63,497 nt of DNA, filler included, from Reclinomonas americana ATCC 50394 (GCA_048213135.1; 53 parts of 53 records of this genome joined end to end with filler, not necessarily neighbours in it), one strand, 5' to 3'; positions 45,721 to 57,624 are shown, counted from the whole stretch's first letter. The notes: a model not told the origin generated them from the sequence alone. Made by a program: numbers and translations.

Positions 45721-46693
45721 GCGGATAAAAGGAAAGCGTACCCGACAGCACGAGGAAGAAGCAAGGGGGGCATTAGAAAGCGCAGACAATCGCAGGCATG
45801 AGAAAGAGAGAGAGAAAAAGAGAGCTTCGCAGCAGAGTAACAAGGTAACATGCGTATGTAGCATGGCGTATGAAGGAGGAAAGGAGTGCTGGAACGTGCA
45901 AACGAGGGAGAAACGGAGCAGCGGAGGTGTTGCGGCGTTGGTTTGCGTAATAAAGCACAGGAGGGAGGCAAGGATGGCAGCAACGGCGGTGTTGGAATGA
46001 GCAGAATATCGTGAGGAAGTTATACATGAAGTGAGGGACGAGAGAAAAGCGAGGAGACTGCGGAAGTGTAGGGAACGAGCAGCAAGGGAGGGAACGAGAA
46101 GATGGAGATGTAGGAGAAATGCTGCTCACATAGCAGGAGAGAGCAAAGGAGGAGATACAATGTGCTCTCACACGGAGAATGATGAAAGAGCAGAAATGAC
46201 AAAGGTGCCGTGACGCGAGAGTATGTTGTGCGGATAATTCTCAGTTCGAGAATGAGACGAGCGAAGAGGCAGCCACAACAGACAGACAGTGCGCGACCTG
46301 TATCTCGAATCGGACAAGCGCTTCTACAAAGCTCTCCCTCTTCCTCCAACGCTGTGTCTCACCGGCACACATAAACACCAAAGGTAGCACGACGAGCGAC
46401 AGAGGGAGAAAACAAGACATATCGCTCAATACTCGGGAAATCTCACACAACGAGTCAGCGAGTGAACAACAGCCGAGCATGAGAAGGATCATATCTCTCA
46501 CACACACACTGTGTGCGCCTGAGCGACAGGAGAATGATCACACACGTGAATCAGACTCCCCTGTGTTCGATCTCTCAAACTCACTCTTACCAACGTTTTA
46601 TCGTGCTCAGTCTCACAGTCACGGTCACTCAGAGAGAGAACGAGAGCACGCGATATTCGATCTACCATTCACCCGTCGACAACACACAAAACC

Positions 46694-46694
<1 letters not shown>

Positions 46695-46750
<56 letters not shown>

Positions 46751-46778
46751 TACACACACACACACACACACACACACT
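46695..46778. repeat. (CA)n microsatellite at contig end; representative of many (GA)n and (CA)n tracts where contigs break
   Basis: Direct inspection. Confidence 0.95.
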
Positions 46779-46878
46779 NNNNNNNNNNNNNNNNNNNNNN
46801 NNNNNNNNNNNNNNNNNNNNNNTTAATTAATTAANNNNNNNNNNNNNNNNNNNNNNNNNNNNNNNNNNNNNNNNNNNN

Positions 46879-47600
46879 AGGTGGAATGGCTGGCTAGACA
46901 GTGAGAGTTGGGAAGGAAGGGCGAGCAGAATGAGAAGGAGGCAAGTGAAAGAAACGACGAGGACAGAGAGAGAGAGAGAAAGAGAGAGAGACAGAAGACG
47001 ACAAGTGTGGAGAGCAGGAGGAGAAAGGCAAGCTGGCGAGACAGTGAGAAGTGGGAAGGAGGGGCGAACAGAAGGAGAAGGATTTTGAGGCAAGTGAAAG
47101 CAGTGACGAGGAGGAGGGCAGGAGTGGAGGGCTGCGAGGTTAAGGGGACAGTGGAATGTGCTAAGAGCTGAGACTGGCGAGAAGGAAGGGTGATCACAAG
47201 GAGAAGAAACGTGTGGCAAGTGGAAGAAGCGACGACATGAGGAGAAGGAACAAGAGAGGAGAGCAAGAGTGCGGAGCAGGAGGAGAAGGGCAAGTGGAAT
47301 GACGAGTTGTGGCTGGCGAGACAGTGAGAAGTGGGAGGAGGGGCGAACAGAAGGAGAGGCAAGTGAAAGAAACGACGAGGACAGAGAGAAAGCGAGAGGA
47401 TACGGAAGGGTAGGTGGGGCGGGAGAGGAAGCGAAGAGCTGAGAACGGCTAGGCAGTGAGAGCTCTTGAGGAAGGTTGTACAAAAGGTGAAGGATCGCGG
47501 GGCAAGTGAAAGAAGCGACAAGAAGAGAGAGAGAGAGTGAGAGAGAAGAGGAAAAGGAGGTGAACGAGGAAAGCTGGGGGATGGCGAGCTGGAAGGGCAG
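46879..47600. repeat. Degenerate purine-rich patchwork repeat (GGCAAGTGAAAGAAACGACGAGGACAGAGAG; CTGGCGAGACAGTGAGAAGTGGGA)
   Basis: Repeated copies near 46940, 47035, 47090, 47313, 47358 and 47500. Confidence 0.75.
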
Positions 47601-47786
47601 CAACGGTGACTACGAATAAGCAGTGACAGCACAGCAGGCGAGCGGAGAGTTTAGGAGCAGGGGAGGGTACAGTGGCAAGAGAGATGCAAGGAGAGCTGAG
47701 ATACGAGGCAAAATGACACACGATGGAGCACAGGCAAACATCACGTCAACGAAGTGCAGCTCACGATTCTCCATTTCTTTGCCCAG

Positions 47787-47928
47787 GTCCGCACTCTCCT
47801 CGCCGAGTACTACACAGAGGCGTACGTGGCGAATCCCGACGTGGACGTGCGCATTCTGCTGCCTGGAGTGTCGCCCGATGTGGAGGAGATCGAGGCCATT
47901 ACGGTGTTGTATTCGCTGACCGATGCTG
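47787..47928 (+). CDS. Isolated coding exon (weak resemblance to the CoA synthase N-terminal DVRILL region)
   Basis: CAG|VRTLLAEYYTEAYVANPDVDVRILLPG...|GTGAGG; family call is tentative. Confidence 0.4.
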
Positions 47929-48604
47929 GTGAGGAGTGAAAGGGGAGGAAGAGACAGCAAGAAGACAGAGCACGNNNNNNNNNNNNNNNNNNNNNNNNNN
48001 NNNNNNNNNNNNNNNNNNTTAATTAATTAANNNNNNNNNNNNNNNNNNNNNNNNNNNNNNNNNNNNNNNNNNNNCTGGCCGTGGGAATGCACGTGCACAG
48101 AAAATGCTAGCTGTTGGTCTGCTGCATTGAGTGCATGTGCGGCGCACATACACAGCGCCACATGCACTCACATTCTCCTCTTCGTCAGCTCAGTGACACA
48201 CAAGAAGGTGGAGGATCCGGAGAAAGGAAAAAAATATGCATGACAGAACAGACTCACCGCGCAGACGCTGCTTGGAAATTTGTACACTACGCTTCAACCA
48301 CTTGCACGGATGACAACCGAGCTCAAGTGCACCTGCAACGGCCACCTGCGCGGGTGCGCCACACGGAGAAAAAAACCGCAAAGTAAACGAATTTTTGTGA
48401 ATTCGAACTTACCAGAGCGAGGTGACCATCTTCTCTTCCCTATCTTGCTCGTGTAGATACCGTGTCTTGGTGGTCAAAGGAGTGAGAGGAAGGCAGCAGG
48501 AGATCATAGGGACAGAGGGTGTGTGGGATTTTTTCTGAAATACCGGCCATTCATATGCATGCGTCTAGATCTGATCCCTCCTTTTCGCACAGTGGCTGTC
48601 GAGC

Positions 48605-49169
48605 ATGGCTGCGTCGGCTAGTGCGGACGCCGCCGTTTCAGGCACTGCCGATCGCCATATCGATCTCGCCGTGCTCGAAGAGACCGACTTCGCCGTCGCG
48701 AAAATGACGATCGGTCGCCTCTGCCAGGAGGCGCAGGAATCGCCTACACTGAACGCCTTGCTACTCGCCGGAGAGCTTGTGCACCTCGGTGCGACGCCGT
48801 CCATGCAGATCCAGGCGTTTCTTGGCGTCGATGCGTTGTTTTGGAACGACATCCTGTCTGCCGAAGTTGACATCGCGAAAAAAGGCGCAATCCAGCACCC
48901 TGGACGTGGCCAGTCGGCGTCGGCGTCGGCCGCGGGAGGGGTGCCGGCGACCTCGCTGCCAGTGGAGGAGCGCGTCCGATCACTGCTGGTGAGATCAAAT
49001 GCGCTGCGGGTTTTTTGATGATCATTTTCATGATCAGTTGACACTCACGTGTGCTTGCGCATGCGCAGCGCACGCGCTTGGCGGCAGCGCGAGAGACGTA
49101 CGTGAGTAACTTGCCGAAGGCTACGGAGACGGAGTTTTCTCGCTTTGTGATGGCATTTCACAGCGCTAC
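48605..49169 (+). CDS. Eukaryotic hypothetical protein, N-terminal exons; intron about 48989-49068
   Basis: ORF MAASASADAA... with a GTGAGA donor and GCGCAG acceptor keeping the frame. Confidence 0.5.
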
Positions 49170-49269
49170 NNNNNNNNNNNNNNNNNNNNNNNNNNNNNNN
49201 NNNNNNNNNNNNNTTAATTAATTAANNNNNNNNNNNNNNNNNNNNNNNNNNNNNNNNNNNNNNNNNNNN

Positions 49270-49460
49270 CGCCTCTCGTCTCTCGCCTCTCGTCTCTCGC
49301 CTTCGTCTCTCGCCTCTCGCCTCTCGTCTCTCGCCTTTCGTCTCTCGCCTCTCGCCTCTCGCCTCTCGTCTCTCGCCTCTCGTCTCTCGCCTCTCGTCTC
49401 TCGCCTCTCGTCTCTCGCCTCTCGTCTCTCGCCTCTCGCCTCTCGCCTCTCGTCTCTCTC
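49270..49460. repeat. (CTCTCGC/CTCTCGT)n heptamer satellite
   Basis: Direct inspection. Confidence 0.95.
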
Positions 49461-49489
49461 ATTTCCCATCTCAAATCTCACCCACTCAC

Positions 49490-50065
49490 CCGACACTGTC
49501 ACCGGCGTCGACGGCGAGTCCACCGACATGGCCGCAGCCGCCGCCTGCTCGTCGTCATAGTCCGATTCGTCCGAGTCGGTCAACGCAATCTCCACTGGTC
49601 CGTCGGGCGACATGAGGATCTGCGTCCTCTTGAGTGGAGTGGGAGTCTCTGCACGCCATAAATGAGTCACCAACACACGAAAGCCGGAGGTAGTGATGGA
49701 GAGAGGAACGCAACCCAGTGTACGGCGGCGTCGTCGTCGCATCTGCGCCGGCAACTCCGAATCCTTCTCGCGACGATCGACCTCGCTCTCCACACCTTCG
49801 TCTTCGTCGTCCTCCTCCACCTCCATCTTGGCCGACTTGCTGGCCTTTTTGGCCGCAGCCTTGGTCGGCTCTGTTGCACGCAGCGTGAGGAAGGGCTTGT
49901 ACAAGTCACTCACGACCCGTTTCAACGCAACTCTTGGCCGCCTCCTTCTTGGTCGTCTTCTTCGGCTTCTTCTCGGCAGCCGTCTTCTTCGCAGACGATG
50001 CCGCACGAGGTGTGCGCGTCTTCGGTGCTGGCTCCTCGTCCTCCTCTTCCTCCATGTCCCGCTCT
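49490..50065 (-). CDS. Charged low-complexity protein fragment; introns 49931-49871 and 49714-49649
   Basis: Spliced frame KKTTKKEAAKKPTKAAAKK...RRRTLETPTPLKR...DSDESDYDD. Confidence 0.6.
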
Positions 50066-50217
50066 GCGGTGCGCATCGTACAGTGAGCGGCGGACGTGAA
50101 GCAATGTCAACCACATAATACATGCGAACCGAATGTTGGAGCCGCGAGAGACTCGACATCGGAAACTGGTGGTGGGGAGGCCATGATCTGATGGGGAGAA
50201 GTAAGCAGGGAGGGAGG

Positions 50218-50362
50218 GAGAAGGGAAGGGAAGGGAAGGGAAGGGAAGGGAAGGGAAGGGAAGGGAAGGGAAGGGAAGGGAAGGGAAGGGAAGGGAAGGG
50301 AAGGGAAGGGAAGGGAAGGGAAGGGAAGGGAAGGGAAGGGAAGGGAAGGGAAGGGAAGGGAA
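50218..50362. repeat. (GGGAA)n pentamer microsatellite
   Basis: Direct inspection. Confidence 0.97.
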
Positions 50363-50462
50363 NNNNNNNNNNNNNNNNNNNNNNNNNNNNNNNNNNNNNN
50401 NNNNNNTTAATTAATTAANNNNNNNNNNNNNNNNNNNNNNNNNNNNNNNNNNNNNNNNNNNN

Positions 50463-51556
50463 GAGGGCCTTATCGGCGACGGAACAGGTATCGTGAGTGG
50501 GGCGAGGATTTCCTGTCGACCATGGTGTCGCTGCAGGAGATTGTGAGCCCGACGGTGTGCGTCGTGCTGGTCAGTGAGACGCCGTGGGATGCGTTCCGGC
50601 AGCCGCTAATCACGCGTGACGCCTGCTGCGTGCACTTTCCGGCCTACTCCAAAGACGAGCTGAAGGCGATTCTCGCCAACTCCGCCGTTCCCGTCCCTGA
50701 ATGCAGTTGCGTGGGAGACGGACATGCCGGTCTCTCCAGTGTGTGCTCTCCCTCACACCCCATCGCCTGCCCTCACAGCTCCGCCAATGCGCCGCAATCT
50801 CAGTGGTCTGGTGGTGGACACGCTGTTCCCGATTGCGCGCGACCTGCCGACCCTCATGTCGGCGTTCTTGGAGCTCGTGGTGCCGTACACACAGCCAGTG
50901 ATTGATGACACTGGTATGCGCTTGTGTGCTTGTGCAGTGTTTACCACGCGTGTACTGATCGAGGCGTTCGTTTGTGTGCAGCGGCGCCGACGGCCGTCGC
51001 TCGCCTAAAGGATGCCGTCATGCCTCACCTAGGACGCTTGTCGGAGACTCTCACACCAGCCACGGTGGCAGCCGTGGTGGAGCAGGCCGCCTCACAGCGG
51101 CGCCAGTCACACCTGCCGCACATGGCATCCTTGCTGTTGATCGCCGGCTACCTGGCCTCTCGCATTCCGCGCAAACTCGACACGCGCTACTTTACCGCCG
51201 GCGGTCGCAGCAAGAGATTACGATCGGGCACGTCGCACGATCTCGACGCAGAGATGCTCGGTCGGCCGTTTCCCATGGAACGGTTGCTAGCCATCTTTGC
51301 GTCGCTGGCCGAGACTGAGCGGGGCGTGGAGGCACCGACAGACGCGGCCACATTCGGCCAGCTGTCGGCGCTCGTCTCTCTCGGGCACTTTTCCGTGGTG
51401 TCGTCCGCACTCGTCACGCTGTCGTCGGGCGCCGGCTACTCGGCTGTCGATGAGGCATTTGGCGGAGGTGGTGGTGGTGGTGGTGGCGGCGGTGGCGGTG
51501 GCGGCGGCGGTGCATCATCTTCTTCGACGCTGTCGTCGTCGGTGCAGTGGGGCGCA
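50463..51556 (+). CDS. ORC5: Second allele/copy of the ORC5 fragment; first intron 50706-50778
   Basis: Near-identical to 43289-44385 with the same end points. Confidence 0.88.
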
Positions 51557-51656
51557 NNNNNNNNNNNNNNNNNNNNNNNNNNNNNNNNNNNNNNNNNNNN
51601 TTAATTAATTAANNNNNNNNNNNNNNNNNNNNNNNNNNNNNNNNNNNNNNNNNNNN

Positions 51657-52679
51657 TTCAGCAGGTCGAAGAACGGAAGTGGCACGAGACTGACCGTCAG
51701 GGTGTACTCTGTCGAAGACGATGCTGAACGAGGCACGAATGCCGCAGATCGTGTTGACTGCAACGGCAATGACAAAGTCGTGCTGGTGGTCGTATCCTGC
51801 ACCACTGCTCCTGTTGAGTCTACCCAGCGGTCGAACGCAAGGGAAGCGTCGATAAGCCGCTTCGCTGCCACCGACATCTGCTGGTACCGTATCTGCAACG
51901 TAAATGCAGTGGGCACCGCACCGCTTACTGGTGCAGCATTCACCGCCAGCACATCAATCAGCGACGCAGTGAGTCCACTAAATGCGTCGTCACCCTGTGA
52001 GGCCACAGCAGCTGCCAGAGGTCTCGCGGTCAGCGAGAACAAAACAGTCCCATCCGCCGCCTCAAACCAACGAGGCGTGTCACTTGCTTCGAAGGGGCTC
52101 TCTTCGAACACACACGTGTAATTCAGATTGCAGGCGTCGGCAACCGGCGATGCAAACAGCGTAAAACTTGTCACCGGCGAAGTCTTGGCGGGAGCTATCA
52201 AAGTACACCCTGGATCCTCAAGCACCTGATATATCGTGACAAAGGAGTCGAACCCGCGGCACTTGGAAAAGAACGGGAAGAACGGGCCGCTGGCTACATC
52301 TCGCGATGCCCAGTAATCCTCAACCGCGCGCTCGACAGGATCGGCAACAAGTTGCGTCGACGAACTCGGCATAAACCTGTAAAACACATGCATAAAAGGG
52401 GAAAGAGAGCGGGAATAAGTGTCAGATAAGTCAATCAGTTGACTGACAGCGATCAACTATCGTAACTGCTCGTATGCAAGTTGATCAGTGTCAACAGGGT
52501 TCAGCGGAGGCACAAGCGTGGCATCGTTGGTAAACACCGCATGCCACGTGTCTGCCAAGCCATAAGTCCCGCGGATTGGTTTGCTGACAGTCACTGACAT
52601 TGTGTTGTTGAAAGCCAAGCCGGCGAACTTGATGTATGCACCGTGGATCACTTCCACAATGACATTGAATTTGATGTCT
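51657..52679 (-). CDS. Large extracellular/membrane protein fragment, tentatively like cysteine-repeat modular proteins; intron 52466-52377
   Basis: PFFSKCRGFDS, ADAC..CVFEE..WFE motifs; coding status is clear, family call is from memory only. Confidence 0.55.
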
Positions 52680-52850
52680 CTGCCAAATGCGCACGCGCAC
52701 ACACACGCACAACCATAAGCAAAATATGGATCGACATTTGACAGCTAGACNNNNNNNNNNNNNNNNNNNNNNNNNNNNNNNNNNNNNNNNNNNNTTAATT
52801 AATTAANNNNNNNNNNNNNNNNNNNNNNNNNNNNNNNNNNNNNNNNNNNN

Positions 52851-53498
52851 GGGACGATCGCGGATCGCGCCGAACTCGAGGCGATCGCCGAGATCGTCGA
52901 GCGGCACGGCGGTCGGGTGTTCGCGGACGAGATCCACGCGCCGCTGCGCTACGACGGTCGGCCGTTCGTCCCCTACGCATCGGTGTCGGAGGCGGCGGCC
53001 GCGCACACCGTGACCGGCACGAGCGCCTCGAAGGCCTGGAACATCCCCGGACTCAAGACCGCGCAGCTGATCACCTCGAACGACGCCGACCAGGAGCGGT
53101 ACCGACGATTCGGATTCGCGGTGCAGCACGGCGCGGCGACCCTCGGTGTCGTCGCCTCGACTGCCGCGTATCGTCACGGCCGGCCCTGGCTGACGGATGT
53201 CATCGAGTATCTCGACGGATCGCGGCGGGTGCTCGGCGACCTCGTCGCGACGCATCTTCCCGGGGCTGTGTATCGCGTGCCCGAAGCGACATACATCGGT
53301 TGGATCGACACGCGGGCGCTCGAACTCGAGGGGCCGCCGGCGGAGTTCTTCCGCGAGCAGGCCGGTGTCGTGCTCACCGAGGGGCGCCTGCTCGGCCGGG
53401 GATTCGAGGACTACGTGCGGGTCGTGTTCGCCACGCCTCGCCCGATCCTCGCCGAGGCCTTCGAATCCATGGGTGAGGCTCTCCGTCGCGTCTCCTGA
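52851..53498 (+). CDS. MalY/PatB family PLP-dependent C-S lyase, C-terminal part
   Basis: VFADEIHAPL, SASKAWNIPGLK and PEATYIGWID motifs. Confidence 0.92.
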   Translation, partial: GTIADRAELEAIAEIVERHGGRVFADEIHAPLRYDGRPFVPYASVSEAAAAHTVTGTSASKAWNIPGLKTAQLITSNDADQERYRRFGFAVQHGAATLGVVASTAAYRHGRPWLTDVIEYLDGSRRVLGDLVATHLPGAVYRVPEATYIGWIDTRALELEGPPAEFFREQAGVVLTEGRLLGRGFEDYVRVVFATPRPILAEAFESMGEALRRVS

Positions 53499-53589
53499 CG
53501 TCGGTGCGGCTGCGACGGATTTCTCTGTCAAGGGGCTCTGGGATGTCGGCGCCGCATCGTAGAAAGGAAAGCGAGAGAAGGGACACGGC

Positions 53590-53817
53590 ATGGCCGCAGG
53601 CGACATCGAGACTTTTCAGCGTGACGGGATCTGGTTCAACCGCATCGAGGGGGAGTCGCGCACGTTGGGCGCGAGCTTCCTGAACGAGGCCGAGGCGGTC
53701 AAGGTCGGGCGGGGAGCGGCTGTCGCGCGTCAGGTCGGCCACACCGTGCGCACGGAAGAGGGTCCTTCGCCCGACAGTGGCGTCTATGCCGTCCACCCTC
53801 GCGACCTGATCGGCTGA
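53590..53817 (+). CDS. Small DUF2188-like protein
   Basis: GDIETF...WFNRIEG...EAVKVGR...PRD pattern; RBS upstream. Confidence 0.6.
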   Translation: MAAGDIETFQRDGIWFNRIEGESRTLGASFLNEAEAVKVGRGAAVARQVGHTVRTEEGPSPDSGVYAVHPRDLIG

Positions 53818-53862
53818 GGGGTGCCTCTCGAGACGGATGCCGACGGTCAGCCGGACCGTCAC

Positions 53863-53941
53863 ATGCTCCTGCAGGTATGCGTCAACGGCGCGCGAGATGT
53901 GGCGCAGCATCCGTGGTTGAGCACCGATGCGACGGTCGTGG
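53863..53941 (+). CDS. 3-keto-5-aminohexanoate cleavage (DUF849) family, N-terminus
   Basis: MLLQVCVNGAR...HP start motif. Confidence 0.6.
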
Positions 53942-54117
53942 NNNNNNNNNNNNNNNNNNNNNNNNNNNNNNNNNNNNNNNNNNNNTTAATTAATTAANNN
54001 NNNNNNNNNNNNNNNNNNNNNNNNNNNNNNNNNNNNNNNNNTGCCGCGGATTGCATGGCCTGTGCATGCAGCATGAGCGCGCGCACACAGCGCAAGAGAG
54101 AGAGAGTGCGCATGGAA

Positions 54118-54392
54118 CCTCAGCAGTGGCCTTTGCGCTCATTTCTGCGTCACTATCGGTGTCACGCGCAACCGGCTTGACTGCATCAAAGTGACTTTGA
54201 AGCACAGGCGGCGCAGGCGTTGGCACAGGCGGTGCAGGCACAGCTGTGCAGTTGACAAGTAGACAGCGTGAAAAACAAAGAAGAGAGAAAGAGAGAGAGA
54301 CAGAAAGAGTGAGCGCAACTGGCGACGGCGATTGCTGTGTGGGCACGAGAGGCGCCGCAGCCTCCGCCGAGCAGTCGCACATGCCACGGCAT
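54118..54392 (-). CDS. Hypothetical gene divergent from NOT3; intron 54319-54244
   Basis: ATG at 54392; a phase-1 GTTGCG...CAG intron gives an open frame. Confidence 0.35.
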
Positions 54393-54482
54393 TCTGTTCT
54401 CGACGTTGTGAACGATTGTTGGGCGTTGTCCTGTGAAGTTCGTTGTTCTCTGGTTGGTGTGTGTGTGTTGTGTTTGCAAGCA

Positions 54483-55083
54483 ATGGCGCAGACGCAACGC
54501 AAGTTGCTGGGTGAGTTCAATGTGCATGCGTGTGTGAGAGAGAGCGCTTCGTGTGGGGCGAAGAGTGTGTGAGAGTGCGCAGAGTGCCATTTGCGGTCAC
54601 ACACACACACACGCGCACACACAAGCGCGCGTGTGTGTGCATGCATGCATTTGTTGGTGTGCGTGGGTGTGCGTGGTGCGCGCTGTTCATCATGGTGTGT
54701 GTGTCTCTGTGAGTGGAGAAGAGAGAGAGAGTTGTCCTCTTCTTCCTGTGTGTTTGTGTGTAACGAATGCCGTTGCATCTGCGCCATGTGATACATGGAA
54801 GAGAGAGTGACAAGAGAGCGAGAGTGTGCGTGGCGGGAGAGTGAGAGGGAGATGAGCATGAGCACACGCGCGCGCGCGCACTCTCTCTCTCTCTCTTTCT
54901 CCTCACTCTCTGTCTCCTTGCGTCTCACTCTTCTTCTCACACTGTGTGCGTGATGCAGCCGAAATCGACCGCACTCTGAAGAGAGTGGAAGAGGGCCTGG
55001 AGATTTACGATGACATTTGGGATAAGGTGTACTCGACGGAGAACCCCGCGCACAAGGAGAAGCACGAGGCCGAGTTGAAAAAG
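54483..55083 (+). CDS. CNOT3: CCR4-NOT subunit NOT3, N-terminus (exons 54483-54510, 54959-55083)
   Basis: RKLLAEIDRTLKRVEEGLEIYDDIWDKVY...KEKHEAELKK. Confidence 0.93.
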
Positions 55084-55325
55084 GTTGGCGCGCAAGTGTG
55101 CATTCGACCTCGGCCTCCACATCGTCCACTGAGTCNNNNNNNNNNNNNNNNNNNNNNNNNNNNNNNNNNNNNNNNNNNNTTAATTAATTAANNNNNNNNN
55201 NNNNNNNNNNNNNNNNNNNNNNNNNNNNNNNNNNNACCTCCCGTTGCACTTGTCTCCGGTCTGCATAAGCACGCACACGCACACATGCACACACACTGTG
55301 TACTGAACAGTGACCGCCACGTGCA

Positions 55326-56329
55326 GTGCCCGATCGCGAAGGATTCGCCACCTGCGATGAACACAATCATCTCATGCGTCGAGTTGTGTTGATCTTGCTC
55401 GTCTCTCTCTCTCTCTCTCACACACACACGTACACGGCTTTCCTCACTCACCGATCGCAGAGCCTGCTGGAGAACAATCCACACCTCGTGTACCGACTGT
55501 ATGAGCACATGATTCGCACGAGAACGCGACCCGATGCCACCACATTGACAATGCTGCTGTGGGCGTGCACGCTGCAAGGCAAGTTCTGGGTGGCCTTGGA
55601 CTACGTGCAGCAGATGCTGGTGGCCGGCATCGCGCCCGACGTGGTCGGCTTCAACATGCTGCTCAACGTGTGCGAGGACAGCGGCAAGACGCACTTCTTG
55701 CCGCACACGCTGGATCTCATGTGTGAACTGGGGGTGCCGCCCGACGTGCTGACCTACAACACGGTGTTTGCAAACTTGGCTCGCTCACGGTCGACTAGTG
55801 GTGGGCCGCGAATGGCGTCGTCGTTGTTGTCGTCGCCAACGTCCATGACCTTGTCGGCGGCTGCGTCGTCGCCCTCGACTCTGTTCGTGTCGCCGTTTGC
55901 GGCCGGCTATGCACCGTCGCCGAGTATGTCGGCGGAGGATCGAGCCGAGATGGCGTGGCAGATGCTGCGCCGCATGTCGGAAGATGAGCTGGCTCCGAAT
56001 GCCACCACCATCGAGTTTCTAGTGGAGATTTACGCCGCCAGCGGTGATGTGGACCGAGTTGCGTGGTGGTGGTGGTAGTGCATGCTGGTGGTGATGATGA
56101 TGAGGTGGTAGGCTCATCGCTGGAGAACAGGGCTTGCAGGTGCTGCAACTCGGGCACGAGTTGGGCATTCGGCCGCGGGTGGCATTGGTCCGACGCCTGA
56201 TGGAGAGCTGTGTGGAACGTGGAGACTTGTGTGCGGCTCTGGCGGCCATGCAGTGGGGCGAGCGCAATCGACTGCGAATGATCGGGCCGGCGTCGCTCGA
56301 CACACTCTCGCGACTCTGCTTGCGTCTCC
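55326..56329 (+). CDS. Pentatricopeptide repeat protein fragment; introns 55383-55460 and 56058-56130
   Basis: 35-aa repeats RPDATTLTMLL, GIAPDVVGFNMLL, GVPPDVLTYNTVF and LAPNATTIEFLV. Confidence 0.88.
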
Positions 56330-56429
56330 NNNNNNNNNNNNNNNNNNNNNNNNNNNNNNNNNNNNNNNNNNNNTTAATTAATTAANNNNNNNNNNNNNNN
56401 NNNNNNNNNNNNNNNNNNNNNNNNNNNNN

Positions 56430-57500
56430 TCGGTGGTGCACACGCCGGTGCACTTGAAGCTGCGATCGTCGGTCCTCAGCTTGTCGACTGTGGAATCGCA
56501 GGAGCGGCGGCGTCTCGTTCACGTTACTCCTGCTGGCGGTGCCACTGGCGTGTACGTGGAACTCGTGAGCCAGAAGGTTCCGAGCAGCAGCGGCGGTAGC
56601 GGCAACAGTGAAGGTGGCGGTGGCGAATCGGCTGAAACGGTCACCAACCTGCGCACCGAGTTCGGCAACCTGGGCATCACCATCGATCAGCGAGCCGTCC
56701 TTCCGCTCTGCCTCGGCGTCAAGCGGTGAGTCGAATCTGTGCGAGTGCGTTCACTCACTCGTCCACTGACAGTTTGTCGCTCGCAGGTGCATCATGCAAC
56801 TAAAGCCGATTCTCACGTTGCTGATGCCGCCAGTCGTGGATCGTCGACGTGCAAGTGGCAGCAGTGCCGCGAGCCCGGCGCGACGTGAGTGAGACGGTGG
56901 TGATGCTGAATGGAGAGTGCGCGGCTGTCTCGCTGACCGTGCGTATGTGTCGTCCGTTTTCCGCAGTAGCCAAGGTGGCCGCTCCACGCGTTCACGTGTC
57001 CACCTTCTTGCACGTGTTGGACTTTGAGTGGGATTTGACGCCGGCGGCTCCGTCGCCGAGTCTGGCTCTCGCCCTTCTCGCGCGGCACCCGCCCGGCACT
57101 CCGTCACCGCAGTACCGGGAGGAGTCGCAGCGTATGTTGCGACTGACGCTGCACTCGCTCTCCATGAATGGCCGCAGTGGTTTTGTCGGTGCGTGTCAAG
57201 GGTCAAGGGGTTTGGCAAGGGGTATCGTTGCTTCCTTCTTCGTTTGTTAACATGGGTGCGGCAGGAAACTTCCACTGTGAGATTCTGTCCGCATTTGAGG
57301 TGGTCCGAGGTCGACAGGCGCTCCTTATCAACTTTGAGGGCACCGATTTCCACGTCGACTCGCGCACTCCCGAGGAAATTGCGCTGTATGGCGTTGCGTC
57401 ATACACCGCACTGCACCAGTGAGGTGAAGAAAAACAGTCGTGTCTGACATGTAGTTTCTCACAGAATGCCAAGCACACGGTCACGGGACACATTCAGCTG
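56430..57500 (+). CDS. Eukaryotic beta-rich hypothetical protein, spliced fragment; last intron 57393-57464
   Basis: Successive ORFs joined by GT-AG introns. Confidence 0.5.
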
Positions 57501-57624
57501 GTGCGCTTCACTCCCAACATCTCCNNNNNNNNNNNNNNNNNNNNNNNNNNNNNNNNNNNNNNNNNNNNTTAATTAATTAANNNNNNNNNNNNNNNNNNNN
57601 NNNNNNNNNNNNNNNNNNNNNNNN

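Noticed and set aside
50218..50362. (GGGAA)n and the terminal (CACT)n as telomeric repeats
   Set aside because: Many different microsatellites end contigs here, and (GGGAA)n sits directly beside an exon as its polypyrimidine tract.
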